Below, one piece after another: positions 27,842 to 36,862 of a stretch of DNA of 64,000 nucleotides. The notes beneath the pieces were generated by a model. It was not told where the DNA came from. It saw only the letters and a program-made list of their open reading frames with translations, and did not search any database. The DNA is taken from the NCBI GenBank assembly GCA_963707505.1, contig CAVPQB010000004.1, positions 320,001-384,000 of the forward strand. Direction: 5' to 3'. The translations under genes were made by a program, and so were the position numbers. Position 1 is the stretch's first letter; each line of letters opens with the position of its first letter. Source of the DNA: an uncultured Gemmatimonadales bacterium. Lineage in GTDB: Bacteria; Gemmatimonadota; Gemmatimonadetes; Gemmatimonadales; Gemmatimonadaceae.

Positions 27842-30622
27842 CTATTGCTGGAGATCCGGCCAGCCGACGCATCCGTGCACGCATACATTACCACTGGCTA
27901 GAAGGTGGCCGGCGAAATCGAGCGCGGTCACGCCGATTCGGTCGATTAGCAATGGTCCAGGAAGCAGATCGATGTTCGCTGTCGGCCCACTGATCGCTCC
28001 GTGCAGCGATCCGGTCCGTGCCGACGCGCTGAACAGGGATGCGGTCGCATGCTTTTCGAAGAATGCCCCAACGTATTTATCGGCGCCGGCAAATTCGCCG
28101 ATCGTAACGTGGTAGTCAGCAGTGCACTGCTTGCTGGCGGTTCCTTCGCGGCCGTTGCTCCTCAACACCGTAAACTCCGCGCAGCTTCCGCCACCCCAGG
28201 TGGTTGGCGGAACGACGAAATCCGGAATCGGATCCTGATTACCGGTACTCGGCGGCCACACGAACACCCATTGCGCCGAAAGAGTTTCATTTGCCGAGAC
28301 GTGAAGTGGCGCTGGATCCACCGTTACGCCGGTGGTGCCGATGACATTACGTGTTACAGCACTGACAGTCGTGCCTCCGACATATCTCGCAGTTGCAACG
28401 CCTTCGGACGAAAGGACGACGCCACGCTGCCAATCCGATTGCGCCTCTGCCTTCCATGTGAGTCCGCGGCGACCGTCGAGTGGATCACCGGCCATGTCGC
28501 GCAAGGTAGCGCTCAGGCTTCCTGTCTCGCCTGTGTGAAGTCGCATGTCGCCCGGCGCGATTGAGACGTCACCCAGCGCGCAGCCCTTGTACGACGTCAC
28601 GATCGCGTCCTGTATGCGTCCGCGCATCGGCGGTTGCATTAGATAGCTCTCGATGATGCCGTGCAGACGGAGACCCCATCGAAGTTTCGCGGCAGTCGCG
28701 AGCGAAATAATCCGTGCCCGCACCGAGCCACCTGTGGCGCTGGCTGCCGAATCCGACAACGGTGTACGCACGCGCGGGAATTTGTTGTGACCGAGCATGA
28801 GGATGGCGTCCCCGTCGACAACGAGCCCGTGCAGATGTCGCGTCGCGATCGGCCACGCCTCGCTTGTCGGTGACGCGAGCGCAACTCCACCGATGCATGT
28901 CGTGTCGTGTGATTGCGAATATTTCCCCGTGTGAGCGAGCAGCGCCATCGCCTGCTGGACGATGAGATTTCCCTGCGAGTGCATGACGAACACGACGTGA
29001 CGCCCCGCATCACGCAGCCGCGTCGTGATCGCGGCGATCGTATCGACGTCGGCGGGGCGCGCTCTGATCGAGTGATCGAGAACGCCGCTTAATTGCTGGC
29101 TCACTTCGGCGTAGTCGGCCAGCAGTGCGAGGGCGCGCGGCCTCGTGCTGTTGAGGCATTTGGCAACCTCATCCGGAAGCGAGTTGATGCCGAGCCAGTC
29201 GCCCTGGATTCCCAGCGCGAGAACACAGCGATCTTCCGCGCTGCTCTCGCTCGCCATGGCGCTCCGGTTATACAACAGCTTGACGTCGAATGGAACGTTG
29301 GCGTACCACTGGGCCTCACGTGCCGCTACCGCGATGTGATGCGCTGCGAACAGCGCGCCGAGCGGCGTGGTGAGAATGCCGTTCACATACGCGATAGTTA
29401 CCGGTTCGCCGCTTGACGTCGCCTGCAAGACGGGCGACATGATAGTTGCCGTCGGACGTAGCTGTGGCGGTAATTGCGGTAGTAGCTGTGAATGTGAGGA
29501 GCTGCCGAGTGGCACGAGCAGCGCTGAGGCCGTACCGCCGCCGCCACCCCCCGTTCCCGGCGCATCGTCGCCCGATCCTGCGCCTGAGCCGGCGTCGAAG
29601 GTGTGGCCGGCGAGTGCGGCGTCCAGCGCCGGCATTGCGGTCGCGTCGGCGTCGCGCTGCAGAACGGTCATCTCGACGCGCCTCAACCGCTCCATGATAT
29701 TGGCAGTGTCCTGCATCTCATCCAGCTTGTCGAGCAGCTTCTGCGCAGATGCGATCTTGTCGTTCGACCTGAGCAGTGCGCGCGCGTCGTGCAGTATCCA
29801 TTCGTCGCCGGACGCCACACCGGCCTCACGGTCGGCAGATGCGATCAGAACGTGCGAGTCATCCATGATGACGCGTCCGCGTTTCGCGATTGGATTCTGA
29901 TCCAGTGTAACCAGAACGTTCCGGTAGCCCGAGTCGGCTGTGAAGTTATACTGCACGCGGTCGCCGCGGCGGAAGCTGTACGTCTGGCTGCTGAGGTCGC
30001 CGTGGACACCAGCCTCGGAGATTACCGTGAGCGTCACTGGAGGGACGAATATCTGGAATCGAACGTTGAGCCAGTTGCGATCGCTGATGAACGCGAAGCG
30101 TGACGTATCCTCGGCCGCTGGTCGATAGTCCGGATCGACCAGTTTGACGTCGGTGAATCCAGCCGCGGTGTCACCGAGTGTCACGACTACCCGGTATGCA
30201 GTCGATGGATCTGCCGGCAGATCCTTCAGCTTCCATCGGAAGTGATATGCGCGCTCGTTGAGCTCGATGCGATGCGTCGAGTCGGCGGTAGAATCATACG
30301 CGAAGTGCGCCAGTGTGTCTGCGGCGCCGCAATCGTCACCATTCAGACGACAGATCGCGACCGAGGGTGCGAGCGTCGTGTCGAGGATGCCTCGCGGATG
30401 TTTCCTGGGCCCGAGTGGTGCGAGGAAGATCGTTTCCGGTGCGCCTTCGTCGCCGGGTGCGTTGATGGCCTCCGAAGCGCCGGTGGGTTTCAGTGTAACT
30501 GGCGCAGTTGGTGTGTCGCTGCATCCGTGCTGTGCGATTGCCGCCAGAATCACTGTGACGGCGACCATCGTACGGATGAGCGTGCGGCTGGACTTCACGA
30601 GCGACTTCGCCTTCGACTTCAT
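27842..30622 (-). CDS. Large multidomain lipoprotein (926 aa) with a putative alpha/beta-hydrolase domain and a Big_2-like Ig domain
   Basis: GGAG Shine-Dalgarno, signal ending HGC, YVNGILT, MHSQGN, VDGDAI, LHGIIESY; Ig-like GETGSLSATLRD..G..TW. Confidence 0.7.
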   Translation of the reverse strand: MKSKAKSLVKSSRTLIRTMVAVTVILAAIAQHGCSDTPTAPVTLKPTGASEAINAPGDEGAPETIFLAPLGPRKHPRGILDTTLAPSVAICRLNGDDCGAADTLAHFAYDSTADSTHRIELNERAYHFRWKLKDLPADPSTAYRVVVTLGDTAAGFTDVKLVDPDYRPAAEDTSRFAFISDRNWLNVRFQIFVPPVTLTVISEAGVHGDLSSQTYSFRRGDRVQYNFTADSGYRNVLVTLDQNPIAKRGRVIMDDSHVLIASADREAGVASGDEWILHDARALLRSNDKIASAQKLLDKLDEMQDTANIMERLRRVEMTVLQRDADATAMPALDAALAGHTFDAGSGAGSGDDAPGTGGGGGGTASALLVPLGSSSHSQLLPQLPPQLRPTATIMSPVLQATSSGEPVTIAYVNGILTTPLGALFAAHHIAVAAREAQWYANVPFDVKLLYNRSAMASESSAEDRCVLALGIQGDWLGINSLPDEVAKCLNSTRPRALALLADYAEVSQQLSGVLDHSIRARPADVDTIAAITTRLRDAGRHVVFVMHSQGNLIVQQAMALLAHTGKYSQSHDTTCIGGVALASPTSEAWPIATRHLHGLVVDGDAILMLGHNKFPRVRTPLSDSAASATGGSVRARIISLATAAKLRWGLRLHGIIESYLMQPPMRGRIQDAIVTSYKGCALGDVSIAPGDMRLHTGETGSLSATLRDMAGDPLDGRRGLTWKAEAQSDWQRGVVLSSEGVATARYVGGTTVSAVTRNVIGTTGVTVDPAPLHVSANETLSAQWVFVWPPSTGNQDPIPDFVVPPTTWGGGSCAEFTVLRSNGREGTASKQCTADYHVTIGEFAGADKYVGAFFEKHATASLFSASARTGSLHGAISGPTANIDLLPGPLLIDRIGVTALDFAGHLLASGNVCVHGCVGWPDLQQ

Positions 30623-30742
30623 GGCTTGCTCCAATGGGATTGGGCCGCCATGATAGAGTGGACTTGAGTGCGCGGAACAAAGCGCCGGTGTGCGGGCGTC
30701 ATCAGAACTGCGCCGACTGGCGCGGCTGGCTATCTTTCGCGC

Positions 30743-32254
30743 ATGCCTGAGCGCATTCGCACTCGTTTCCTGGTGGTTGGGAGCGGAGTCGCAGGACTGC
30801 ACACCGCGTGGCGCGCCGCCGATTCGGGTGAGGTGATCGTTCTCACCAAGCGCTCTCTGTTCGATAGCGCCACCGCGTACGCACAGGGTGGCATCGCAGC
30901 CGCACTGGGAGCCGGCGACTCGCCCGAGCTTCATCGGATCGACACCCTTGCAGCGGGCGCCGCACTATGCGACGCTGCCGCGGTGGAAGTGCTGGTCGAG
31001 GAAGGTCCCGATCGGGTGCGCGAGCTTGCGACCGCCGGAGCGCAATTCGATCGCGACACCGCGGGGAACCTTCAGCTCGGACGCGAGGCTGCGCATTCGC
31101 GTCGACGCATAGTCCATTCGCACGGCGATCAGACCGGCGCCGAGGTGGCGCGCACGCTGATCGAGCGCGTGCGCGCGACGCCCGCGATTCACGTGTCCGA
31201 GAAAACGCGTGTTCTGGATCTGATCATCGAGAACGAGGTATGCGTCGGCGTTCGTGCGACCGTAGCAGGCAAGGCGACGGAGTTCATCGCTGACGCCACC
31301 GTTCTGGCGACGGGCGGCTGCGGGCAGGTTTATCGCTACACGACCAATCCGGCGGTGGCTACCGGTGACGGATTCGCCATCGCGCACAGGGCTGGCGCCA
31401 AGCTGGCCGACATGGAATTCGTACAGTTCCACCCGACCGCGCTGGACACCGCGGAGACCCCGCTGGCGCTCGTTTCGGAGGCCGTCCGCGGTGAAGGGGC
31501 ATCACTCGTAAACGACCGCGGCGACCGTTTCATGCTCAAGGAGCACAAGCTCGCCGAGCTCGCGCCCAGGGACATCGTGGCGCGAGCCATCTTCAGAGAG
31601 CAGCGTGCAGGCCGCAAGGTATTTCTCGATGCGACCCGATTCGAACGTCCGTTCGAAGAGCATTTTCCAGGGATTTTCGCGCTGTGTATCGCGCGGGGAA
31701 TCAATCCGAATACGGATCTCATTCCGGTTACGCCGGCTGCACATTACATGATGGGCGGAATCGTGACAGACCTCGCCGGGCGAGCGAGCATCCCGAGGCT
31801 GTACGCGTGCGGCGAGGTGGCGCGCACGGGGGTGCACGGCGCCAACAGGCTTGCCTCGAACTCGTTGCTCGAAGGGCTGGTTTTCGCCGAGCGCGTGGCG
31901 CGCGACATGGTAACAGGCGTTCCGCTCGCGGCCGAGCCTGCGACGACGATGTGGAGCGCGCCGCCGCTACTGGATCGTGGTGCCGCGCAGGTCGCGGCCG
32001 ACGACGTTCGACGCGTGATGTGGGACAACGCAGGAATCGACCGGACGGCCGATGCACTGCGTGATTGCCTCGCGATTCTCGACGGAATCGAGGCGCGCCT
32101 CCCGATCGGCGCGACGGAAGAAGCAAACATGATCGAGACTTCGCGCCTCATCGTGCAGGCAGCGCTGCTTCGCAAGGAGTCGCGCGGCGGCCATTTCAGG
32201 CGCGATTTTCCGCGTCCCAAGAGAAAGTGGCGTGATCGCCACATCGAATGGTAG
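30743..32254 (+). CDS. nadB: L-aspartate oxidase
   Basis: GSGVAGL, AQGGIAA, EAAHS.RRI.H, QFHPT, SEAVRGEG, ELAPRD, HY.MGG, HGANRLASNSLLE, ESRGGH. Confidence 0.96.
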   Translation: MPERIRTRFLVVGSGVAGLHTAWRAADSGEVIVLTKRSLFDSATAYAQGGIAAALGAGDSPELHRIDTLAAGAALCDAAAVEVLVEEGPDRVRELATAGAQFDRDTAGNLQLGREAAHSRRRIVHSHGDQTGAEVARTLIERVRATPAIHVSEKTRVLDLIIENEVCVGVRATVAGKATEFIADATVLATGGCGQVYRYTTNPAVATGDGFAIAHRAGAKLADMEFVQFHPTALDTAETPLALVSEAVRGEGASLVNDRGDRFMLKEHKLAELAPRDIVARAIFREQRAGRKVFLDATRFERPFEEHFPGIFALCIARGINPNTDLIPVTPAAHYMMGGIVTDLAGRASIPRLYACGEVARTGVHGANRLASNSLLEGLVFAERVARDMVTGVPLAAEPATTMWSAPPLLDRGAAQVAADDVRRVMWDNAGIDRTADALRDCLAILDGIEARLPIGATEEANMIETSRLIVQAALLRKESRGGHFRRDFPRPKRKWRDRHIEW

Positions 32255-32299
32255 GCGCTCTCATTGCGGCTTCCACACCGCATCTCAGAACCAATATTC

Positions 32300-33325
32300 A
32301 TGACTGAATCGATACACAACGCAGCACAGGACGAGGACATCGTCGCGCGTATAAAGTCGCTCGCGCGTCAACGCGACGCCGTCATCCTGGCGCACAATTA
32401 CGAGCGCCCGGAAGTGCAGGACGCCGCTGATTTCGTCGGCGACTCGCTCGGACTGAGTCGCGAGGCGGCGAAGACGGAAGCGAAGGTCATCGTCTTCTGT
32501 GGCGTTCACTTCATGGCGGAGACGGCCGCGATCCTCTCGCCCGAGAAAACGGTGCTGCTGCCGGACATGGCTGCCGGCTGCTCGCTCGCGGCGACGATCG
32601 ACGGCGCGCAATTGCGCGAATGGAAGAACGAACATCCCGGCGCTATCGTCGTCAGCTACGTGAACACCACAGCAGAGGTAAAGGCGGAGAGCGATTATTG
32701 CTGCACCTCTGGCAACGCGGTGGACATCGTCAACTCGATTCCGGCTGACAGGGAGATTCTCTTTCTCCCTGACATGTTCCTCGGCGCACATGTGCGTCGT
32801 GTGACGGGACGCGAAAACATTCACGTGTGGATGGGCGAGTGCCATGTGCATGCCGGCATCGATCCTGAGAACATCAACGCGCAGCGCGCGCTGCATCCCG
32901 GCGCCGAATTTCTCATTCACCCGGAGTGCGGCTGCGCGACGAGTGCGGTCGAGGCCGTATCGTCGGGTGCGGTGGACGCTGCGGGCGTGCAGATTCTCTC
33001 GACCGAGGGAATGATCCGCCGGCCGGCGATCTCGGACTCGGAAGAATTCATCGTGGCGACCGAGGTGGGAATCCTGCACCGTCTCCGCCGCGAGAATCCC
33101 ACAAAACGATTCATCCCAGCGAATGATCGGGCGGTGTGCGCATTCATGAAGGTCACGACACTCCCGAAGGTCCTGGCCTCGCTGGAGCACATGCAGCACA
33201 GGATCACCGTCGATCCGGATACGGCGGCGAAGGCTCGCCGCGCAATCGAGCGGATGGTGGCTGTTGGCGGCACGCCGACGCCACTCTCGCTCGATCCATC
33301 GACCGCCGAGGATCCGGGCGAATGA
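32300..33325 (+). CDS. nadA: Quinolinate synthase
   Basis: LAHNY, GDSL.L, CGVHFMAE, AGCSLA, YVNT, C.VH, HPEC, C.FMK. Confidence 0.96.
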   Translation: MTESIHNAAQDEDIVARIKSLARQRDAVILAHNYERPEVQDAADFVGDSLGLSREAAKTEAKVIVFCGVHFMAETAAILSPEKTVLLPDMAAGCSLAATIDGAQLREWKNEHPGAIVVSYVNTTAEVKAESDYCCTSGNAVDIVNSIPADREILFLPDMFLGAHVRRVTGRENIHVWMGECHVHAGIDPENINAQRALHPGAEFLIHPECGCATSAVEAVSSGAVDAAGVQILSTEGMIRRPAISDSEEFIVATEVGILHRLRRENPTKRFIPANDRAVCAFMKVTTLPKVLASLEHMQHRITVDPDTAAKARRAIERMVAVGGTPTPLSLDPSTAEDPGE

Positions 33326-34245
33326 CCGAATCCAACTTGCTCACCGATCCCTCGCTGCAACGGCTCGCGGAGTTCGCATTTTCACCGGAAGAGCGAACGC
33401 GCTTTCCGCTCGACGCGTCGCATCGCGCGCGCATCGTGCACGCTGCGCTGGAAGAGGATGCAGCAGACGCCGACGTGACGACCAACGCGACGATCGATCC
33501 TGCGAGCAACGCGCGTGCGGCACTCGTCGCGCGACGCGCTGGAGTGGTGTGTGGAACATCGTTGGCGATCGAAGCATTCCGGCAGCGCGATCCAACGATC
33601 GCGATTCGCGAGGACTCACACGACGCGCGGCCGATCGACCGCGGCGACACGGTTCTTTTTCTGACCGGAAGTGCGCGCGGAATGTTGAGTGCGGAACGGG
33701 TTGCGTTGAATTTCATGCAACGTCTCTCCGGCATCGCGACGCTGACCGCACAGTACGTACACGCGGTGCGCGGCACGAACGCACGCATACTCGATACGCG
33801 CAAGACGACGCCAGGCTGGCGCAAGCTGGAGCGCTACGCCGTGCGCTGCGGTGGTGGAATGAGCCATCGCAGCGATCTCGAGCAGGCGGTGCTCATCAAG
33901 GACAATCACATAGCTGCGCTCGGCGATGACGTCGGTCTCTCGGTGCATCGCGCACGTGCGATTGCTCCATCCGGCACGCGAATCGAGGTCGAATGCGACG
34001 ATGTCGCGCAGGTTGGCGAGGCGCTTCGCGCTGGCGCGGACATCATCATGCTGGACAACATGGGACTCCAGGACATGCGCGATGCTGTGAAGCTCGTCGC
34101 GGGGCGCGCGGTGGTCGAGGCGTCCGGCGGTGTGAATCTTCAGACGGTTCGCGGGATCGCGGAAACGGGGGTCAACTGGATTTCAGTCGGCGCTCTCACC
34201 CACTCCGCGCCGGCCCTCGATCTCGCGCTGGATTTCGAGGAGTGA
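33322..34245 (+). CDS. nadC: Nicotinate-nucleotide diphosphorylase (quinolinate phosphoribosyltransferase)
   Basis: ER.ALN, DTRKTTPG, HR, LIKDNH, EVE, MLDN, EASGG, SVGALTH; ATGA overlap with nadA. Confidence 0.96.
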   Translation: MTESNLLTDPSLQRLAEFAFSPEERTRFPLDASHRARIVHAALEEDAADADVTTNATIDPASNARAALVARRAGVVCGTSLAIEAFRQRDPTIAIREDSHDARPIDRGDTVLFLTGSARGMLSAERVALNFMQRLSGIATLTAQYVHAVRGTNARILDTRKTTPGWRKLERYAVRCGGGMSHRSDLEQAVLIKDNHIAALGDDVGLSVHRARAIAPSGTRIEVECDDVAQVGEALRAGADIIMLDNMGLQDMRDAVKLVAGRAVVEASGGVNLQTVRGIAETGVNWISVGALTHSAPALDLALDFEE

Positions 34246-34246
34246 T

Positions 34247-34420
34247 GTGGACCGGGTCCCGAGCGGTACTCGGCCCCCGTTAGAGGCAGCGTCGGCCTCG
34301 ACGGAGAAGCCGCCGGAAGATCCGTGCGACGTGTGTGGTAGTACACGCGTGCAATGGCGCAAGTGCAAGCTGGTTTGTCTCAATTGCGGCACTATTCTCA
34401 AATCGTGCGCGGACCTCTAG
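34247..34420 (+). CDS. Small six-Cys zinc-finger-like protein, 57 aa (absent from the ORF track)
   Basis: Hand translation: MDRVPSGTRPPLEAASASTEKPPEDPCDVCGSTRVQWRKCKLVCLNCGTILKSCADL*. GAGGAG lies upstream and the GTG is 1 nt after the nadC stop. Confidence 0.75.
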   Translation: MDRVPSGTRPPLEAASASTEKPPEDPCDVCGSTRVQWRKCKLVCLNCGTILKSCADL

Positions 34421-34941
34421 CCCTGCAGCCGCCAGGGACGCTCTGGACGGTAGGCCACTCGACTCATCCGATTGTTGAGTTCATGGACCTGCTGACCGCG
34501 CACGGGGTGATGCGCATCGCTGACGTGCGACGGTTCGCGGGCTCGCGAAAGTTTCCGCAGTTCAATCCGGCCGAGCTCGAACACTCGCTTGCGGCCGCGG
34601 GAATCGCGTATACGCCAATGCCGACGCTTGGCGGGAGACGCAAGGTGCTCCCGGACTCACCGCACTCCGCGTGGCGGAACGAGGCGTTTCGCGGATACGC
34701 CGATTACATGGATACGGAAGAGTTTGCAGAAGCTGCAGAGTCGCTGGCAGCGATCGCTCGTGGTGAGAGGGTTGCCATGATGTGTTCCGAAGCGGTGTGG
34801 TGGCGTTGCCATCGATCGATGATCGCCGATTATTTCAAGGCGCACGGATGGGAAGTGCTGCACATCATGGGGATGGGTGAGGCGAAGGAGCACCCGTATA
34901 CGTCGGTAGCGAAGGTGATAGACGGGGTGTTGACCTACTGA
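34405..34941 (+). CDS. DUF488 family protein
   Basis: WTVGHST, DVRRF..SR..PQFN, LGGRR, FRGYADYM, MCSE..WWRCHRS.IAD. Start uncertain (ORF open from 34354). Confidence 0.88.
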   Translation: MRGPLALQPPGTLWTVGHSTHPIVEFMDLLTAHGVMRIADVRRFAGSRKFPQFNPAELEHSLAAAGIAYTPMPTLGGRRKVLPDSPHSAWRNEAFRGYADYMDTEEFAEAAESLAAIARGERVAMMCSEAVWWRCHRSMIADYFKAHGWEVLHIMGMGEAKEHPYTSVAKVIDGVLTY

Positions 34942-35669
34942 GTCGCGTCCAGATTTCCCAACGGAGTCCCATTCGCGCTTCTCACTACCGCCTGGAAAAC
35001 GATGTCGCCGAGTGCGTTGTAGTTGCCGTCAAAGTGATGCTTGCCCTTGCGCTCGATGACGGTCATCAGACCCGGTGGTGCAGAGCGGCAGAGCGATTCC
35101 TTCTCCTCTGCGCCATAGACACAGACCATCGGAACCCCCTTCAGCGCCAGGAGTTGTGGCAGGATCGGCGTGTCGTCCTTGCCCGATGTCGTGCGCCACA
35201 GGTCGGAGAAGTGATAGGAGAAGCTTGCGCGCTCCAGCAGGGCCAGCATCGCAATCAGAGTGAGATGCGGTCGGATGTCAGGAGCGAGATTCGTTGCCGC
35301 GAACGGTGCCAGGTCGGAGCCGCGCGAGTATCCAACGAGAGCAACGTCGTGCTTCTGCCACAGCGCCATGTAGCGTCGCGCAATGCGGGAAACGTCGCGT
35401 CCGATCACCGCCGGCGAGCGGCCGCCGCTGCGCAGATAGTCGCGCATGTCGACACCGACGACGTCGATTCCACGCGATTGCAGTCGCTTCCCGACCTTCT
35501 CGTCGATGTCGGCCCAACCGCCGTCACCCGAGAGAATTATCGCGACCGTGTTATTGGTGGAGTGAGCTGCGCGAAGCTCGACGATCGGCAGGTTCCGAAC
35601 ATCCGTGACGGTGTCGCGGGGGAGCTGCGCGGTCGCGGTGAGAAGTGAAACAAATAGGGGTAGGAGCAT
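34935..35669 (-). CDS. AcvB/VirJ-family alpha/beta hydrolase (lysyl-phosphatidylglycerol hydrolase-like)
   Basis: Signal peptide, SGDGGW, VVGVD..Y, GYSRG nucleophile elbow, CVYG.EE..SLC, HHFDGNY. Confidence 0.85.
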   Translation of the reverse strand: MLLPLFVSLLTATAQLPRDTVTDVRNLPIVELRAAHSTNNTVAIILSGDGGWADIDEKVGKRLQSRGIDVVGVDMRDYLRSGGRSPAVIGRDVSRIARRYMALWQKHDVALVGYSRGSDLAPFAATNLAPDIRPHLTLIAMLALLERASFSYHFSDLWRTTSGKDDTPILPQLLALKGVPMVCVYGAEEKESLCRSAPPGLMTVIERKGKHHFDGNYNALGDIVFQAVVRSANGTPLGNLDATQ

Positions 35670-35672
35670 CTT

Positions 35673-36423
35673 TCAGGGATGGTCTAGCTTCGCGGGATCC
35701 AGCCGGCTGTCGGCGACGGGTACGTTGACGCGAATGTCGGAATATTCCTCGCTCTGCACGAGCTTGCCGGCACGCGTATCAGTTACGAGAGTCGCGAGCC
35801 AACCGTTGCCGGCTGGCTGGTACTGATCGAACCTGACGTCTTCCAGCCCTGGGCGCCCCTGTGCCACGGGGCCGATCATCCTCACGAAGACCAGCCGTTC
35901 AGCATCGATCCAGAATTGCTTCGACGTCGTGTCACCGGTGCGCCGCGCCGACGATGAATACGCGGCGACCCTGCCAGGTGCCTTCGTGCATCTTGCCCAG
36001 ATCGAAGCCCTCCTCGCGCAATGCGCTGACGCTGCGCTCGATGGGCTGCGTGTAGATATCGAATCCGAGCAGCAACAGCGGATTCCGGCCCGCCCGTGCG
36101 GGAAGGTTCTGCCCACCGCGACGGACGAAGATACTGTCGCGGGCGAATAGAATGATCGGATCACCGTCCGGAGTGCCGACATCGATGCGCAGTCTGCCGG
36201 GCAGCTTCATTGCCTCGTACCACGTCTCGTGCACCATCGTGTCGGCAGCGCTGCGTCGCTGGGTTGCCTGCGTAAACGTGAGTGTCGTATACCACTTCGC
36301 GACGTACCTGTCGTGCATCAATCGCACGAGCTCGGCGCCGTCCGGCGGTGTCTGCGCCGGAAGTAAAGCAGGTGTCGCGAGAGCTGCAAACGTGATGGAT
36401 GCCGCGAGCATGGAAGCGCGCAT
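35673..36423 (-). CDS. Secreted hypothetical protein, possibly LolA-like fold (frameshift near 35940)
   Basis: GAGG Shine-Dalgarno and signal peptide; WY.TLTF.Q, WYEA..PGRLRID, then QFWID.ERLVFVR and EEYSDI in the next frame. Confidence 0.65.
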
Positions 36424-36484
36424 TCGGTTCCTCGATTGTTGTCGTACGGTCCAATCAGTCAAGACTCGTCCAGATGCGTCGCCG

Positions 36485-36862
36485 TCACAGATCGGGGCGC
36501 AATTCTTCTGCTCCGTTGAGGTACACGTGCCGGACTGAAGTGTTCGCGGGCAGCTCGACGTGAAGCAGTACGCGCACTACACGGTCCATCGAACCTGGCA
36601 CAGGAATTTCCGTCGAACAGAGCATTGCCACATCATCCCATCCCAGCTCACGAGCGGCTCTCGCAGGAAAGTCGCTGACGAGATCCGGTGTAACGGTGAA
36701 GAACGCACTGACGATTGCGTCCCGGCTCAGTGAATTGCGCAGCATCATCTCTGTGAGCAATTCACGTGTCGCGGTGCGGATGGATTCCGAGTCGTCGTGT
36801 GCCGCGCGCGTCGCTCCGCGAAGGCCGCGGATGCGTATCGCGCTCCTGTCTTCGCTGATCAT
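36485..36862 (-). CDS. aroH: AroH-type chorismate mutase
   Basis: RGLRGAT, FT.TPDL...FPA.AAR, EIPVPGS..RV.RVL, HVYL..A..LRPDL. Confidence 0.92.
   Translation of the reverse strand: MISEDRSAIRIRGLRGATRAAHDDSESIRTATRELLTEMMLRNSLSRDAIVSAFFTVTPDLVSDFPARAARELGWDDVAMLCSTEIPVPGSMDRVVRVLLHVELPANTSVRHVYLNGAEELRPDL

Noticed and set aside
30623..32299. NAD riboswitch or operator for the nad operon
   Set aside because: nadB appears leaderless and the nadB-nadA gap is only 45 bp; I saw no convincing structure or palindrome.
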